DNA from: an uncultured bacterium
GTDB lineage: Bacteria > Patescibacteriota > JACMRA01
DNA length: 64,000 bases
Assembly (NCBI GenBank): GCA_963704645.1
Contig: OY969926.1
Coordinates: 1,056,001-1,120,000 of the forward strand
Direction: 5' to 3'
Under the pieces are notes generated by a model. The model was not told the origin of the DNA, made no database searches, and saw nothing but the letters and a program-made list of their open reading frames with translations. A program made the position numbers and the translations under genes. Positions 60,304 to 64,000 of this stretch are shown here, one piece after another; the first letter of the stretch is position 1, and every line of letters starts with the position of its first letter.

Positions 60304-62295
60304 TTACTTATCATCCCAAATGTAAACACCATTAAATTTAGTCATTTCTATGGCTGACATATTTTTAATTCTTTCTAATAAAAGTTTACTTACACTATCA
60401 TCAGGTAGATTTGCAAAGATTTTGGAGGCTTCTGTGTATTTACCTTCTGAATAAAGTTTGTATCCCAATGAAAACTGTTGGACCAAATCTGTGTTGGACT
60501 GAGTTGGTTGCAAGAGTTCGTATATTGCAACACCTGCTTGTTTACCTTTAACTTGGACCAAATCTATCTGACGGTACAACCCGCCTTCAAAGCTTCCAAA
60601 AAAATGAGAATCTTGGGATAAATCTAAACCAGCAATTTCCAAAACTGCTTTAGAAACCAAAATTTCTATTCCGTACTTTTTAGTTAAACCTTCAAGCCTG
60701 GAAGCCAGGTTTACATTGTCACCCAAAACTGTGTATTCAAAACGCTTCTTTCCACCAATATTTCCTACAATTACATTGCCTGAATTTAGTCCAATGCCAA
60801 TTTTTAAGTCTTTAAATTCAGGGTGTTGTGCATTAAATTGCTGTAAAGATGTTTGCATTAAAAGAGTAGTTTGCATTGCTAACAGTGCATGTTTTGGGTT
60901 ATCAAGTGGAGCATTCCACAAAGCCATTATGCAATCACCTATGTATTTATCGATTGTTCCTTGCTGATTCAAAATTACTTCCCCTGCACTATCCAGATAC
61001 AAATTTGTGAGATGAACTAACTCTTCTGGAGACATAGTTTCTGCTAGAGATGTAAAACCACGAATATCGCTAAACAAAATAGTAACTGTTTTTTTGCTGC
61101 CACCAAGCTTAAGCTGGTCGGGATTTTTTAATACTTCTGCTAACAATGCCGGGCTTAGATATTGGCTAAAGGTTTCTGAAATGAATTTATTTTGTTTCCC
61201 TTTAGTGGCACTTTCAAAAGCCAAAAAACCCCCGAAACCTCCTATTAAACCGAAGCTGGAAGATAAAAATAGCCAAATATACCCCAATCCAAACAATACA
61301 GCTCCAAAAATGTTTATTACAATTAGGCATAAAAACTGGTTTATCAAAACGTTTTGCATTTTAGGCCATTTAAACCATAAACCAATTAGAACAGAATAGA
61401 TTAATGTGAAAATTAAATAATTCAACCATGGGTTAATTTGCTGCCTGTTTATATTTTCCAGTAAAGAGTTTACAACGTTGGCATGAATTTCCACCCCCGC
61501 AATTTGTTGGCCAAAAACACTTGTAAAATTATCATTCAAATTATTTTTCAAATCTTTGCTGGTTGAACCAATTAAAACAATTTTTCCTTCCAAATTAGCT
61601 TTATCTATGGAATTATTATACAAGTCGGAAAAGCTGTAGGTTTCAAATTGATTTTTTGCATATTCAAAATTATAATTTTGTTGAAAGCTTTGCTGCCTAA
61701 CTTTCACTTGAGCTTGGCTGCAATTGGAAGGGGTTTTATCTAAAACTGAGTTTTTAAATAAGGCAAAAGCAAAACTTGAATAACATTCACCCGAAACCTG
61801 CTTTGTTAAAGTTGCAGTTCTAATTTTACCATCTGTATCAGGGCTAAAATCAATTAAAGCGCTGGTTATATTTGATTTATTTTGAGGAACTAAAGGGCTT
61901 TCTAAAATTTTGTTATTATCGCTTTTAGCACCAAAAACAATTGGCATTTCAGAGTTATTTAAATACGCACTAAGCTGATCATCGCCCTGCCTGCTTTCTA
62001 AAAACAAAATGTCCAATCCTACAGCTCTGGGCTTAGCTTCTTCTAAGTTAGAAAGTGCTTTTGCAAAAATATCTCTGTTCCAAGGCCAAGCTCCAATTTG
62101 CTGTAAACTTTTATCGTCTATACCTATAATTACCACGTCTTTTCTAGCAGATATTACACCCTGCAACTGGTCAGTAATTGTTTGATTAGCTGAAGCCAAA
62201 GGAGGGGTTAAAGCCAATAACCAACCCAAAATTATTCCTAAGGGAATGTATAAATAATAGATAAAATTAGAATTAAGTTTAATAGCTTTGAACAT
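60304..62295 (-). CDS. CHASE2-domain adenylate cyclase
   Basis: IIGIDDKSL..IGAWPW.R, GVEIHA; three TM helices; FSDIRGFT, DKYIGDCIMA, YTVLGDNVNLASRLE. Confidence 0.95.
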   Translation of the reverse strand: MFKAIKLNSNFIYYLYIPLGIILGWLLALTPPLASANQTITDQLQGVISARKDVVIIGIDDKSLQQIGAWPWNRDIFAKALSNLEEAKPRAVGLDILFLESRQGDDQLSAYLNNSEMPIVFGAKSDNNKILESPLVPQNKSNITSALIDFSPDTDGKIRTATLTKQVSGECYSSFAFALFKNSVLDKTPSNCSQAQVKVRQQSFQQNYNFEYAKNQFETYSFSDLYNNSIDKANLEGKIVLIGSTSKDLKNNLNDNFTSVFGQQIAGVEIHANVVNSLLENINRQQINPWLNYLIFTLIYSVLIGLWFKWPKMQNVLINQFLCLIVINIFGAVLFGLGYIWLFLSSSFGLIGGFGGFLAFESATKGKQNKFISETFSQYLSPALLAEVLKNPDQLKLGGSKKTVTILFSDIRGFTSLAETMSPEELVHLTNLYLDSAGEVILNQQGTIDKYIGDCIMALWNAPLDNPKHALLAMQTTLLMQTSLQQFNAQHPEFKDLKIGIGLNSGNVIVGNIGGKKRFEYTVLGDNVNLASRLEGLTKKYGIEILVSKAVLEIAGLDLSQDSHFFGSFEGGLYRQIDLVQVKGKQAGVAIYELLQPTQSNTDLVQQFSLGYKLYSEGKYTEASKIFANLPDDSVSKLLLERIKNMSAIEMTKFNGVYIWDDK

Positions 62296-62367
62296 TAATT
62301 GTGAATTTAAATTTGTTTTTGAAATGAATTAGCGGTTTAACAGCAAAATATTTTAGTCTTATTTACT

Positions 62368-63981
62368 TTAACACACTGTTCCATACTGAACTGAGATTGT
62401 AATAGTAACAGGAACACTAGCCAGTCCATTGTTATCCACGGCGGTTAGTTCTATTACATAGTTTGTATTGCTTCCACAGGTTCCTGGTGTAGTTAATTTC
62501 TTGGTTACGGAATTTCCCTTAGCAAATTCAACTCCATTAATTTTCCAAATCAAATTGTTGGTGCCTAAGTTGCCATCCTCAGGGTCTGTTCCTAGTCCGT
62601 TAAAAGTAACTGTAGCATAAGGGTCGCCTACTGCGTTAGTGGAGAATGGATAGCTGGCAGCAAAAATACTTCCGTTGCTTGGAGTACTAATAGTAGCCAC
62701 GGGGGATTGGTTTATGGGTTTAAGTGGAGCAGGAGTATTGGGTGTAATGTTTACAATTGTTTTAGGAACAGTTGGGTTTGCTTTCACCAAAATGGGCTGT
62801 TCTATTTTAAAAGAAATACTTCCAGCTACTTTATAACTTCCATCCCTAGCCTCAACTGCCAAATTATAGTCTCCAGCTTCTAGGTTTTCTAATAAAACAG
62901 TTTCTCCAACTGGTTTGTCTAGATTGTTCAATTTCCAGTTTATATTGGCAGATGGAAAAGGGCCTTTTCTGCATGGATTATAAGTAATTGCTTTTGCAGA
63001 AACGGAAGATTTGTTAGGTAGAGTTTTACCAGTACTACCACTTTGTATTTCTAGTGTAGCTCCTACGGCGCCGTCTCTATTTTTTTCTTCCAACAAAGTT
63101 AAGCAGTTTTCTTTTAAAGTGGGTAATTTGTTTTCACTATCAATTGTAGCTAAATCTGTAGATTCTTTGAATTTTAATATATCCGAAAGACTGAGTCTTT
63201 TTTTCCATAAATTATCTATAAAGCTATTTCTTGAATACCACCTACCCTGCTCAGACACTGGCCTTAAATTACCTTTTCTTACAATTCCACCAGCTTCTTT
63301 GGAACCAACTTCCACAAAATTACTTGGGGACAGTTCTGTTGTACTGTTGTCTAGTTTGGAAGTTACATCAACCTTACTCTCAATCAAATAAATTCCTGAA
63401 AGCTCTTCTGGTTTTTCAGAAAGTTCTACTCCAAAAATTGTTCCACGAACTGTAGCCAAAGTGGTTGACGTTTCTACTATATATTTGCCACTGCTAACTT
63501 TTTCTACTCTGTGCCAAGTTGAACCAATTAGCTGATTAAATTTACTTCCAGAATCTGTAATTTCTACTTTTATCTCTGTTTCTTTATCTAAGGAAATTAA
63601 TGAATTATCCGGCATTAAAACATGTGCCAAAGAATTTAGTCCAGTTTTTATAGTACTTCCAGAAGGAACTTGAACTTCTTCCGCATCAATATTACTATAA
63701 GTTTGATCATCTCTAACTTTAAAACTTGCTTCACCTTTTTCTTTAATTACGGTTATTAGCTGGCTTGTTTTTTCTATAGAGTTAGTGTTTTTTGGCCAGA
63801 AAGCCCAAATTAAAAACACAATGCTAAGCAATAATAATATAGCAATAATAATTTGATTAAATCTTTTTTGCCACCATTTTTGAGATTTGGATTTTAGTTC
63901 TGCAGAATTTGGATCAGACAAATTTATATCTGAATTTTCATAGGGGTTTGAGTTTTCAGAAGATTGAGTCTCAGCTTTCAT
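62368..63981 (-). CDS. FecR-domain membrane protein with C-terminal Ig/PKD-like domains
   Basis: TM helix, IKTG..S.A....D.S.I.L...TE, ATVRGT.F.V, DPEDG, LTAVDNNG. Confidence 0.85.
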   Translation of the reverse strand: MKAETQSSENSNPYENSDINLSDPNSAELKSKSQKWWQKRFNQIIIAILLLLSIVFLIWAFWPKNTNSIEKTSQLITVIKEKGEASFKVRDDQTYSNIDAEEVQVPSGSTIKTGLNSLAHVLMPDNSLISLDKETEIKVEITDSGSKFNQLIGSTWHRVEKVSSGKYIVETSTTLATVRGTIFGVELSEKPEELSGIYLIESKVDVTSKLDNSTTELSPSNFVEVGSKEAGGIVRKGNLRPVSEQGRWYSRNSFIDNLWKKRLSLSDILKFKESTDLATIDSENKLPTLKENCLTLLEEKNRDGAVGATLEIQSGSTGKTLPNKSSVSAKAITYNPCRKGPFPSANINWKLNNLDKPVGETVLLENLEAGDYNLAVEARDGSYKVAGSISFKIEQPILVKANPTVPKTIVNITPNTPAPLKPINQSPVATISTPSNGSIFAASYPFSTNAVGDPYATVTFNGLGTDPEDGNLGTNNLIWKINGVEFAKGNSVTKKLTTPGTCGSNTNYVIELTAVDNNGLASVPVTITISVQYGTVC

Positions 63982-64000
63982 AGTATGGATGTAATTTATG

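Overview
A 64 kb, AT-rich chromosomal window read with the standard genetic code. Gene content (PrgI-like protein, TrmB regulator, orphan PemK/MazF genes, FecR+CHASE2 cyclase, heliorhodopsin, many small unique ORFs) suggests a Patescibacteria/CPR-type bacterium; this taxonomy is inferred, not shown. Housekeeping genes include frr, dus, map, murC, murE, folD, adk, cysS, parA, clpC, rnhB, a cyclophilin, rpoD and tRNA-Ser(GGA). Mobile DNA comprises two near-identical IS481-family elements, one IS1595-family element and two families of short palindromic repeats. Main oddities: (1) two PemK/MazF-like toxins without a protein antitoxin, each met tail-to-tail by a promoter-driven ~50-nt structured RNA unit, plus two extra orphan RNA units (candidate RNA-antitoxin cassette system); (2) cleanly split, dispersed genes (uvrC, a uvrD-like helicase-nuclease, catalytic-domain-only alaS); (3) IS481 inserting at one fixed position in a palindromic repeat; (4) accessory genes bracketed by duplicated 3' ends of conserved genes (hit, uvrC); (5) an RpoD-TsaE fusion with a frameshift. 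All calls come from reading the sequence by eye; no database searches were run.
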